Source: Piromyces finnis finn (taxonomy: Eukaryota; Fungi; Neocallimastigomycota). Taken from it: 64,000 nucleotides of DNA. Under the pieces are notes generated by a model that was not told the DNA's origin, did no database searches, and was given only the letters and a program-made list of their open reading frames with translations. Shown here piece after piece: positions 14,624-26,625 of the stretch. The stretch spans positions 62,001-126,000 of the forward strand of contig MCFH01000062.1 in the NCBI GenBank assembly GCA_002104945.1, in the 5' to 3' direction. The position numbers were made by a program, and so were the translations under genes. Position 1 is the first letter of the stretch; every line of letters begins with the position of its first letter.

Positions 14624-15601
14624 TAAATAACTTTGAATTTTAGAAAAAAAAAAAGTATAAAAGGAAAAGGATTTTTCAAATTTTTTAAAACTTCAGCGGT
14701 CTCAAAAATGAAAAGAAAAAAGTATCGAGCGTATTAAGATTGATTAAAAAAGGTTTCTAAAATAATATATAATAGTATTGTTTTTATTTATTAAATATTT
14801 GATATTATAATAGTAAAAATGATATCAAATAAAGAAAAAACACTTCATCAACACCTCCATACCTTCATAGAAAGAAAAATAAAAGAAATTAGCATGACCA
14901 TTTAGATTTAAAATTAACAGCTGCAGAATTAGTTACTTCTAATACAAAATATTATAACGGGTGTTTTGAGGCCATTTTACTAATTTACATCCTGTGACTT
15001 TAAATACCAATATTGTGTCATTATTATAATTTCAAGAACAAAGAAGAACAAAGCTTACTTCTATCTCAAGTAATAACAAGTAACAAGAATAAAAAATCTA
15101 AAAATTTGATAATGTGTAAAATGACTACACAATTACAAAATATCTGATGAATAAATTGAAAGAGAATATCTATAAAGTATTTGTTATCTTTGTATGAATG
15201 ATGAAGACTACTATATCAAATTTTGGATTGTCTCCTTTTCAGGTCAAGATCTTAAATGAAGAAACGATCAAAGAAAAAGTATTAATGTTATAGTGAACTG
15301 AACCATTTTTAATTATTTGTATTAAATATTTATAAATTTTAATAGTACTATTATTATAAACATTTTTAAAAAAAATAAATATATATTTCTTAATTTTGAT
15401 TTTAGTAGGTTTTATGGTAACCATAAAATCAATTAAAAATTATATTAATTTTTTTTAGCATTTAATTAACAGCTATTGAAATAGTTACTTCTATATTAAT
15501 TTATAACCCTCAATCTTACTACGATTATTTATACTTTTTCACATCCTGTAATTAAATGTTTTTTTTTCCCTTTCCTTTATAAGTAATTTATTTTTAGCAA
15601 T
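12977..15601. repeat. Long inverted repeat: 994-bp arms (12977-13970 / 14608-15601), 637-bp spacer
   Basis: Identical 61-aa ORFs on opposite strands. Paired coordinates at both arm ends and both ORF ends sum to 28578, so there is no net indel. Confidence 0.93.
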
Positions 15602-16194
15602 TTAAATGATGTTGAAAAATTATTTATATCCTATTATTACAATAAAAAAATATTAAAATATTAAAATATTAAAATATAATAAATAGTAATGTAATTTAAA
15701 CAATAAAAATATATAAAAGTTAAATAAAATAAAATTTTAAATAGTTATAATAATAAATATATGTGAAATAAATGTTTCTTATTTATAAATAAATTTATTT
15801 CATTTTCAATTGTTGTATTTTTATTTGGTTATTGTTTGTCTTTCTAAATTAATAATATAATACTAGTTAAAAGATACTTTTGCTTTTAGAGATATTTAAT
15901 TTATAATGTATTCGGTATTTCATAAGAATATATTTGAAACATATAATTAACATTAAAATTATTGATATTTTTATAAATATCCTTATTATATTTATAATAT
16001 ACTATTAACTTTTCTTACTAATTTATTATAATATATCACCACAAAATAAGTTTATTTTTTATATTTTATAATAAACGACTGAATTTTCTTCTTTATTATT
16101 TTTTATATTCAGTTATTCAACTTTAATAAATTAATATAATTTTTGTGTATATTCATATATTAATAAGTGTATATGTACAAATTAAAAGTATAAT

Positions 16195-17075
16195 TTATAG
16201 AACCACTGCTTTTAAGATTTATTATTAGTTTTAACATTTCTACTTGAAAACTAATACCTGTGGAACCAAGATCATTATTATTAATAATTGCAGGATTATT
16301 TTGAACAATATCACCGGCAATAGCACTATTATCATTATTATTAATTGGAGGTGATCCACCACTAAGAATAGATAAGACATTACCATTAATAGTAATCCAC
16401 CAGTTGGATCACCAAGACATTCAGCAATAGTAACAAAATTATATTAATTGAATATACCATTATTAATAATGAATAACACAATATCTTTAACAGTGTGTGG
16501 CTTAACATCATGCATTAAAACTAGATATCTTTCTTTCTTTTTATTATATTCATTGATTAGAAAGTCTTTAACTGTTTTAAATCTAGCATTAAATTTTTTG
16601 TATTGAACTCCATTGACTACTTTATTCCAATCATTAGTGTCAGTATCCCATTGAATAACTTTGTAATTAAATTCTTCAAATAACATTACATTAATCTCAC
16701 CCCTTGGAGCGCAAAAATAAGTTGGATATTTACCAGCGGTGTTTTCGTAAATTAGGTTTTCAATTAAAGACAATGATTCAAGCATACTTTGTTTATCAAT
16801 AGTTCCATTATTCTTTGGAATTTCATGTTTCTAAGTATGAGAAGCAACCTGTTGACCTTCAGTAGCTGCTTTCTTTAAGATGGATTGTTTTTCCTCATCA
16901 GCGGATAATTTCGGCCAATAATTATTACCATTAATAAAAAAAGTGTCATGAATACCTGCTTCTTTTAAATAATCAAGTAATTCAATAGTGTATTGGAATG
17001 AGCCATCATCAAATGTAAGAGCAACTGTATTTGGTTCAGTACGAGAACGAATAAGTGCAGCATTTATACAAATAA
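16195..17075 (-). pseudogene. CE4 polysaccharide/chitin deacetylase (NodB domain) pseudogene
   Basis: Motifs ALTFDDG, TFFING, ASHT*KH (TAG at 16833-16831 where Trp is expected), F(C)APRG, WD.DT.DW, LVLMHD, FVTIAECLGD. Second stop at 16446-16444 and a frameshift before a Ser/Asn tail. Confidence 0.85.
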
Positions 17076-17754
17076 CTAATTATACTATATTTTACATTTA
17101 TTTAATTATTAATTAATATAATTTAATACTAATTAATATTTGTAATGTTTTATTATTTTTATAAAAGTTAAATTATTGTAATTTAATATATTTGAATAAA
17201 AATACAATTTTATTTTTAATATTGTATACAATATTAAGTTTATATCTAATTTCGACTTATATTAAATATCCATAATTAAATAAAAGTTTAAAAAAAAATA
17301 CCCAAATAAAATCCTAATGTAGCAAGTTTTATATATTTCATTTTTTTATTTATATTTTATTAAAATTATCCTAGTTCTAATAATAATAATAATGATAATA
17401 ATAATATTTATATTTTATTTTAAAAATTTTTATATATATCATTTTTTTGCTAGTCATTTTTATTTTTATATATTTCTTATATAAATAATATCAACTATTC
17501 ATTTCTTCAGATATACTATAATAAAAATATATTTTAATAAAGTATATATATATATTCATGGTAATTAACATTGTTCTTTAATTAAAAAACCCTATAAACT
17601 AAATAATATATCAATTAATAAATAATATATATATTAATAATTTTCCTTTTTTTTTTTCTTTAAATTAGATTTTTTTGTTTTTTTATATATTTTTTAAATA
17701 AAAGTGTTAATGTATATTTTTAATTGTTATAATCAATTTTTTTTAACAATTATT

Positions 17755-19101
17755 ATCTACATTTTCAAATTAATATTTTATAAAAAAGTAAAAATTAAAA
17801 AGAATTATTAAAATAAAATATATATAATTTTTTTATTTTAACGTAAATGACTAAGGTATCTTGCTCTTTTTTTTTTTTTTATAAACATATATTTAATCCA
17901 ATGAAAATAATAAAATAAGATAAAATAGAAAAAGAATGATAGAATATTCTTTTTTTAAAAAATTTATTTTATATCTAGAAAAAAAAAATTAATTTTTTCC
18001 CCTAATATTTTACCAGTTTTATTATTATCTCACTTATATAGAATATTATAATATTTATATATTTTTAAATAAATATTCTTTGTTATATATATTTAAATAT
18101 ATATAATTGAGTTAAAAAAAGTAATTATTATTATTATTATTATTCTAATTATTATTTTCTTTAATAAAATTTGATTACTAAATATAATTTATATTTTAAA
18201 AATTTCTTTTTTTTTTTTTAAAAAAAATAAATGCCGTTAAAAATATTTTTAAAACACAAATTAATTTATTTTTCTAAAAATGGATACAAAAAAATTTATC
18301 AAAAATGAATATTCCATAATTTTATTTTTTTTTAAGGATAAAATTAAAAAAAAAAAAAAAGATTGGAATTGAAATCAAAATAATTAGAATTTTAATAATA
18401 ATAATTAAAATGATAATAATTGTTATTACTTTGTTTTATTTTAATTATATAACTAAGAAAAGTAATAGTTATTATTATTATTTCAATTCCAATCTTTTTT
18501 TTTTTTTAATTTTATCCTTAAAAAAAAATAAAATTATGGAATATTCATTTTTGATAAATTTTTTTGTATCCATTTTTAGAAAAATAAATTAATTTGTGTT
18601 TTAAAAATATTTTTAACGGCATTTATTTTTTTTTAAAAAAAAAAAGAAATTTTTAAAATATAAATTATATTTAGTAATCAAATTTTATTAAAGAAAATAA
18701 TAATTAGAATAATAATAATAATAATAATTACTTTTTTTAACTCAATTATATATATTTAAATATATATAACAAAGAATATTTATTTAAAAATATATAAATA
18801 TTATAATATTCTATATAAGTGAGATAATAATAAAACTGGTAAAATATTAGGGGAAAAAATTAATTTTTTTTTTCTAGATATAAAATAAATTTTTTAAAAA
18901 AAGAATATTCTATCATTCTTTTTCTATTTTATCTTATTTTATTATTTTCATTGGATTAAATATATGTTTATAAAAAAAAAAAAAAAAAAGAGCAAGATAC
19001 CTTAGTCATTTACGTTAAAATAAAAAAATTATATATATTTTATTTTAATAATTCTTTTTAATTTTTACTTTTTTATAAAAGATTAATTTGAAAATGTAGA
19101 T
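17755..19101. repeat. Long inverted repeat: ~621-bp arms (17755-18375 / 18480-19101), 104-bp spacer
   Basis: For example ttaacgtaaatgactaaggtatcttgctc versus gagcaagataccttagtcatttacgttaa, and gattggaattgaaat versus atttcaattccaatc. Differences seen only in homopolymer lengths and at the outer end. Confidence 0.92.
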
Positions 19102-19617
19102 TAAAATATTTAATTATATATAAAAAAAATAAAAGTAGTTTTAGTGCTTTAGTATAAACATTTTTTAACAAGAATAAAAATTGCTTTTTTTTTTAAAAAA
19201 AATGAACAATACTAAAAATATATATAGCATTTATAACATGTACATTTATTGATTATAATTATATGTATTTAACTTAAAAAAGTCCTTAAAAGAAGTACAA
19301 AATATATGAAAATTTTTTTATCCATAAAAGTTAAAAAAAAAATGAATTAGGGAACACAAGAGAGTAATTAAAAAATTTTATATAATTAAATAGAAAAACT
19401 TTATTTTTTATGATTATTTATTAAAGAATTTATATAATTACTGTACTCAAATCAATATATTTAATAATTGATTTTAATTCAATTGATATCAAAGCATACT
19501 AACATACTACTAATACTACTATTTAAAAAAAAAATTATAAATAGTCAAAATTTTTTTTTTAAAATTTTAAAAAATTAAAAAAAATAAAAATAAAAATAAA
19601 AATAAAATATAAAATAA

Positions 19618-20718
19618 ATGAAATACCTTAATTTAATTTTGACTTTTCTTCTTTTATTTTCATCAATTATTGCTGCTCCTACTAATGGAATAGCAAAAAG
19701 ATGTGGTAAAAATCATGGTAAATGTGATGAAGGTTATTGCTGTAGTGAATATGGATGGTGCGGTGAATCTGATGATCATTGTGGTATTGGGTGTCAATCC
19801 GAATTTGGTGAGTGTGAAATAACAACTACTAGTACTCCTTCTCCAATACCAACTACTAGTACACCTCCTCCTACACCAACATCACCAAAGAAGGAATGTG
19901 GTAAAGACCATGGTAGCTGTGATAAAGGTTATTGTTGTAGTAAATACGGATGGTGCGGAAAAGAAGAAACTCATTGTGGTACAGGATGTCAATCTGAATT
20001 TGGGGAATGTTATAATCAATCACCAACATCACCAAAGAAGGAATGTGGTAAAGACCATGGTAGCTGTGATGAAGGTTATTGTTGTAGTAAATACGGATGA
20101 TGCGGAAAAGAAGAAACTCATTGTGGTACAGGATGTCAATCTGAATTTGGCAAATGTGAAATTAAACAATGTAAAACTGAAAATAAATATGGAAAAATTG
20201 AAAAAGAAGCTCAAACGAATGCACTTTACATTTGGAACTTCCTTGTTGAAAAAATAGGAAATGTGTATGGTGCAGCTGGTATGATTGGAAATATGTATGC
20301 TGAATCTCGTTTAAATTCAATGAATCTTGAAAAAGTCTATGAAGATAAATTAAAAATGACTGACGAACAATATACAAAAGCAGTTGATAGTGGAAAATAT
20401 CGTAACTTTACAACTGATTCAGCTGGTTATGGTTTAGTACAATGGACTTCAAAAAAGCGTAAGGAAGGTCTTCTTGATTACGCTATAAAGCAAAAAAAGA
20501 GTATTGGTGATCTTCAAATGCAACTTGACTACTTCTGAATAGAACTTACTAATAATTATAATGATATTTATAAAGTTTTAAAAAAGGCTAAATCAGTTAA
20601 AGAAGCTTCTAATAAAGTCGTCTTAGAGTATGAAATCCCTAGAGACCGAAGTGAGAGTGTATTAGAGAAGAGAGCCGATTTTGGAGAAATGTTAAAATTA
20701 GCTTGTGGTTCTAATTAA
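19618..20718 (+). pseudogene. Secreted 3x CBM18 (hevein-like chitin-binding) + phage-tail-type lysozyme domain (PF18013-like); two in-frame TGA
   Basis: One continuous frame of 366 codons + TAA. Signal peptide, three CG...C..GYCCS.YGWCG....HCG.GCQSEFG.C repeats and a Thr/Pro linker. C-terminal IWNFL..KIGNVYGAAGMIGNMYAES...GYGLVQWT..RK..L..YA......I.DL..QL.YF. TGA at 20098-20100 and 20536-20538. Confidence 0.82.
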
Positions 20719-20968
20719 ATCGATTATATATATTTAAAAAATATATATACATAAATTAAAAATTATATAAATACAAAACAAATACAAATAAAGTCGTCTT
20801 AGAGTATGAAATCCCTAGAGACCGAAGTGAGAGTGTATTAGAGAAGAGAGCCGATTTTGGAGAAATGTTAAAATTAGCTTGTGGTTCTAATTAAATCGAT
20901 TATATATATTTAAAAAATATATATACATAAATTAAAAATTATATAAATACAAAACAAATACAAATAAA
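20611..20968 (+). repeat. 176-bp tandem duplication of the lysozyme gene 3' end and 3' flank
   Basis: gtcgtcttagagtatgaaatccc... begins at 20617 and at 20793. The junction shares AATAAA. Confidence 0.93.
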
Positions 20969-21078
20969 AATAATATTAATAATTTAAGTAAATAATTATA
21001 GATAATAATATAAAATTATTATTTTTATATTAATAATAATAATTAGTAAATTTAATCAAATAATTTCAAAAAGTAATA

Positions 21079-21121
<43 letters not shown>

Positions 21122-21262
21122 ATATATAAATAAAATATAAATATATATATAAATAAATAATTAAATAAATAAATAAATATATAAATATTTAAATATATAA
21201 ATATATAAATAAATATAATAAAATATAAGATATTAAGAAATAAATTGTATTGAAATATTGAA

Positions 21263-21772
21263 TTTTTTTTTTTTTTTTTTTTTTTAACTTCCGAGTGCAT
21301 TTCTCCCATCGATCAGAGTTAGCTCCAATGGTGGTTCTTAGAGAAACGTTGGCTCATTCCTATTGCTAGGTGGTTGTGACCCTCCTGGTCTGTCATACTG
21401 TTTCTTCAGCTTCGACGCTCACTTAATCCATGTACATTAGATGCATGTCGTTGTACGATATTTCACAACTACAATGCTAAGCCTCTTATAGTCAATTTGA
21501 TCACGTGTCAACCGCCCTAATGTTTACACTTAAATTGATTAAGGAATATTATGTGTTTTTGGCATAGCCTAAGTCACCACTTATTAAGTTCTAATTTGGA
21601 ATGTACCATGTACACTAGACCCTCTCAGGCCGGCTAGACGAGTGTTATTATCATAGTAGTAAATTAGAAAGTTCATTTATACTTACCTGAATATCATAAC
21701 CCAACCCATGGCAAACCCAGTGGGAAAATCCACAGGCACTGACATCTGCGGGGTCGAACCAGTTGAAATATT
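21263..21772 (-). mobile_element. Poly(A)-tailed non-LTR retroposon (SINE or truncated LINE 3' end) with 13-bp TSD
   Basis: GC-richer island beginning with poly(T) on +. TTGAAATATTGAA flanks both sides (21250-21262, 21773-21785). A second copy lies at 34394-34680. Confidence 0.82.
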
Positions 21773-22488
21773 GAAATAGTAGAATTAACTCATAAATTAT
21801 ACATTTATAATAAATTAATCTATATAAATATTGTTTAATAATATTTTAAAATATGTATGTAATAAAATAAACCATATAAAAAATTAAAAATAAAAATTCA
21901 TATTATAATTTTATCATTTAAAAATTATTAATATTTTATTACTGTTTAAATATGGTTTTTATAACAAACTTTTATTCTTTAATAAAATAATATATTAAAA
22001 TTAATATTCATTATTTTTAAATTAAATCTATTATACAAAATAAGGTATAATTTTCGTTAATTCTCTGTAACATTTTTTTATTTACAGTTATTTTAAACAA
22101 AAATTGGATAAATCAGATAATTAAATAGAAGTATTTAAAGCAATAAATAAGAACAATAACTCTATAAAATAAAATATAAAAATAATTCTATTTAAACTTT
22201 TTATTAATTTTATTATATTATATTTACTTTTTTTAAATTTATATAAAAAAGTTCATTTATTTACTTTTTTCATATAATTATTATTAATTATTATTATTAA
22301 TTATATGAAAATAATATTTCTTTGATAATAACAATAAAAAAAGAAATTATATATATCTATTTATATAATTAATTTATATTATTTTTATATATTTATTTCT
22401 TTTATATATTATCATGTCTATATTTCTATTATTTCAATATTATATTTTTAATATTGTATATAAAATGTAATATTATTAAAAATTAAAA

Positions 22489-24242
22489 TTAATTGTGGAG
22501 TTTAACACGACATTTACGAATGGTCTTCTTTGGTTTCTTAGTAGCTGGCTTTTTGGTTACTGGAATGGTTTGTCTCATCACAGTAATAGTTTTAGTAATA
22601 TGTCTAATGGTAGTTGAATTGATTTCTTCCTTAATTTCATCGTTTTCATCTAATACGGTGGATTTTTCATCTTCAATAATATCTTCATTAACATTTTCAT
22701 CAGCTGAGTCAATTTCTTCAACTTCTTCAACTGATGTTATTTCTTCTGCTTCTTCTTCATCTGAACTTAATGAAGGTTCTTCTTTTGTAATTTCTTCGTC
22801 TTTAACTTCAGTTACTTCTTCTTCAATAATAGTAGTTGGTTCAATAATAGTAGTAGTAGTAGCTATTGGTTCAATAACACAAACACCTTCTTCATTAGAA
22901 ATGAATCCTTTACTACAAACACATTTACCATTAATTAATGTACTTCCTTCTTTACATTTAGTACAAGTATTACCATCAATACAACTAGCACAGTTTACTG
23001 GACATGCTGAACATCTGCATTTATCACCAATAAATGTTCCTTCACCACAACTCATGTTAACTGTGAAACGAGCAATACCACTGGATTCAGCTGCTTTGAA
23101 TTCCTTATATGAAACTGATTCAGTTTCGCATTTTGGTAAGCTACCACGATTGTAATTTTCAATGTTGATAGAATATTGACTGAACTTAGCAGTAATATTA
23201 TTAGCATTTACACTCCATTCTGCCTTTTCTTTTTTATCAACAATAACATCTAAACAGTTATTGACAAATTCTTTTTGGAATTCTTCGTAACTCAACTTTT
23301 TGTTAGAAGAAATAGTACAGATGACTTGATCTTTGTTTTGTTCACTGCAACCATCTTGATAAATTTCAATTAAATACTTTTGGTTAACAAGAATACCATC
23401 CATATGTCCATTTTCGGATCCTTCTCTTTTGATAACATATCCCTCATAATATTCACCAAAGAGTTCATCCATTTGTTCATAGAAATTTAGGAACTCTTAG
23501 CAGCTTTGTAGAAGGCTGTGTTATCACATTTTTCACCATTAATATTGTCGGTAGAAAGATACCAGATCCAATGGTTACCACCAGTTTGTTCTCTACGATT
23601 ATAATCAATGTAGATACGACATTGTTCTCTGACACGATCTAAACCAGTATTCATATCCCAATGGATTATATCGTATGGAACATTGTTGGAAGAAGGTCCG
23701 AATTCTGCAATATCGAATGCATGATTGATGTCGAGTGGAGAAACATTAGAATAGTACAAGTAGGTAGCCATGAGAGCTTCTGTTTTGTAGGCTTGTTTAA
23801 TAGAAAGTCCATCACAAGATTTTAAATTCTTGATAAGTAATGAGAATTTTCCATCAACGACAGAAGCAATGGAAAAATCATTGATTTCAACATTATTTTG
23901 TTTAATTTTAACATAATCTTTGATTTCATCATCTGTAAAACGATAGCCAGTTTTGTAATTGTTGAGACCTTCATTACCATTCTTTAATTCACCGATTCTT
24001 AAATTGAAAGAACCATCATTGTTATTTTCTTTTTTTACAGAGATGTTAATGATATCATTTTTAATACCGAAATTGGCAAAATTTATAAAACATTGATCTT
24101 CTTTTCTTAAAACACCATCTTTAGTGTATTCAAGAGAGACATTTTTAGCTGCCTTTTCGTTGATTAATGGTGAATCAGCATTTACAAAACAAACACTGGA
24201 TACAGAAAGTAAAGCGAAAAATTTTAAAATATTCTTGAACAT
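22489..24242 (-). pseudogene. Secreted protein with furin-like/EGF Cys-rich repeats and a Thr/Glu-rich tail, split by a 1-nt frameshift near 23495
   Basis: Adding one base at gctaag(g)agttc fuses the 251-aa and 327-aa ORFs (...FYKAAK-EFLNFYEQMDELF...). Signal peptide; CSACPVNCASC..CTKC..G...C.C repeats. Confidence 0.72.
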
Positions 24243-25231
24243 TTTGATATTTATATTATTTCTTTTAAGAATTTTAAAAAAAAGTTTTTAAAATTTAGTT
24301 TATATACAAATATAAAAGGTACTTGGATTTTGATTAAAAGTTATTATATATTACAATTTGACTTTTAAAGTCAATAACATCTAAAAATTGTTTTATAAAT
24401 TTTTATAAATAATTAGTTAAATTATTATTTAATAAAAATAATTAATATTTTAAATCGTTTATTCTTACCTAAATATAGATGAAATATTAAGTAATTAATT
24501 AATAAAAATATTAATTATAATAATATTTTTAAAAAAGATTAGAATATTTAAATATTATAATGTTTGAAATTAATGATTATTAAAATAATTTTTCTTGAAA
24601 GAAAAATCGAGTTCCTTTTATATTTCAAATTAAATAACTTTAAAATATGAATTTTTATTTCATCTTTAATCAAACCTTTAATAAATGTGATATTAAACCA
24701 ATATTAGATATAATGAAATTGAAACATAAAACTATTTAATAGTAATAATATATAACACTGTTTAATAATTTTCTTTTTATTTTAAAAATTAAAAAATAAA
24801 TTTCTTTACTATTATTATTTATTACTTAATAAAGACTTTTTAATAATTAATAATTATTAGATATTAAATTAAATGTGGGAAATTTCCTTTTTAATAATTT
24901 ATTTCAATTTTTTTTTCATTTTCATAAATTAAATTATTAATATTTAATTAATTTTTATAATGTAAACTTCTTTAAAAACTTTATATACTATTAAAAAGTA
25001 AATAAAAATTATTATTTTATATTAAATATTTATTTCATATTTATTCAAGGAAAATTATTTAAATTAAAATTAATAAAAAAATAATCTTTTAATATGAAAT
25101 TTAATTTAAAATTTATTTTATTTTATATTAAAAATTAATTTTTAATTCTACTTTTAATAAAGTTTTTAGTTTAATACTTTTGATCAATTAAATTAAAATA
25201 TACCAGATATTATTGTAGTAGAAGAGTTCAT

Positions 25232-25342
25232 CATTTAAATATATATTTTTAATAAAACTTTACTTTTTCATTTAAATATATATTTTTAATAAAACTTTAC
25301 TTTTTCATTTAAATATATATTTTTAATAAAACTTTACTTTTG
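25232..25342. repeat. 37-bp tandem repeat x3
   Basis: catttaaatatatatttttaataaaactttacttttt at 25232, 25269 and 25306 (third copy slightly short). Confidence 0.9.
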
Positions 25343-25649
25343 TAACTTTTTTTTAAAAGAACCAAATCAATTAATAATTAATAGAAAATTTCAATAAAAA
25401 TTTATATTTTTTATTATTGAAATTAATTTTATTCGCACCTTTTTCAATAAAATATTTAACTTTATTCACAATTCTTATTTTGAATATTTTTAATCTTTGC
25501 CATCAATTAAATATATAACCATGTTTTTATTTTCATACCTATTATTAAATGGATAAATAATTGTTATAATTTTGTATTGGTAATTATTTTATTTCACATT
25601 ATTTTTCTTGAAAGCTTTACATAAATCATAATTTAAATAAAATTTATTA

Positions 25650-26625
25650 AGCAGAAACTGATATTTAGATGGATTGAAGAATAATTAATTATGATGTTTT
25701 AGAATTAATTATAAAAAGTGTATAAAATTAGAAAGTTATGGAAAGACAAAGTAATGGTGAAATAAGAAAAGAATTATTAATAGAAGATTATATTAAAAAA
25801 TTTATTAAGCTTACTCTATGGTAATATAATTTTATTGTATTCTGGATATTTAACATTATCAGATGAGAAAGAATATGAATAAAATATAAATAATATGGAT
25901 GATTAAATGACAAATCTGTTATTAGATAAAGTTGAAGCGAATAATTTATCATTAGATGAACCATAATCAACTGAAAAAGATGAAGGTTCAAATCAAATAG
26001 AAAAATATAAACGTAAAATATTAAATAATATTAAAGAAGGTAATAAGAAATATGTTAAAATTCCAAATGGTGAAGTTTTAGATAGTTTTGTTATTTTGCT
26101 AAGCCCTATTATAGATAATAAATTAGAAATCGCACAAGATAAAATAATTATGATAAGGAAGTAAAAGAAAATATTTTAATTGAAATTAAAGCTTTTAAGA
26201 AAAATACAAAACCCAATAAAAGAAAAAATAATGAAAAAAATGAAAACGAAGAGGAAAGTAGTATCAAAGACTAAAGGAATGTGAAGATGCTATAAATCAA
26301 ATTGAAAAAAAAGAATATGAAAAAAAATATAGTGCTAAAGGCTATAGTAGTTTCATAAAATATGGTATTGCCTTTTATAAAAAAAACTTGTGAAATCAAA
26401 ATGAAAATAAATAATGGAAAAATACAAAGTTCATTAAAATCTAATAATGATGATAAAAACAATAACAGAAAAAGAAGAAAAAGAGCAATAACAACAACAA
26501 GAACAACAGGAACCAAAAGAGGCACAACAAGAACAAAAAAAGGAAATAAAAGGAACAAAAACAACAAAAGGCACAACAAGAAGTACCAAAACAGGATATG
26601 GAAAAATGTAAAGAATAAGAATTAA
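25650..26625 (+). pseudogene. Decayed AAA-ATPase/PD-(D/E)XK nuclease gene, C-terminal part (copy 1)
   Basis: YVKIPNGEVL, ILIEIK and CEDAINQIEKKEY...FIKYGIAFYKKTCEIKM, followed by a Lys/Gln/Glu-rich tail. Paralogous to 28222-29206. Confidence 0.72.

Noticed and set aside
13154-15424. Twin 61-aa ORFs (and the 60-aa ORF at 18410) as genes
   Set aside because: They are low-complexity AT-derived frames produced by the palindromes, with no domain.
20098-20538. UGA=Trp code or selenocysteine
   Set aside because: Other Trp codons in the same gene are TGG, comparable lesions elsewhere are TAG or TAA, and the positions correspond to Trp rather than Cys.
21052-21309. 85-aa hydrophobic ORF
   Set aside because: It is a translation of poly(A) and (TATT)n microsatellite.
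21679-21772. U1 snRNA (ATACTTACCTG)
   Set aside because: Only the 11-mer matches, with no U1 stem-loops or Sm site. It is the reverse complement of a 5' splice-site consensus within a retroposon.
22493-23155. 220-aa plus-strand ORF and other antisense or overlapping ORFs (6840, 19898, 20029, 20162, 26271, 41300, 43971, 57337, 57957, 60365, 60942)
   Set aside because: They are shadows of real genes on the opposite strand or in another frame.
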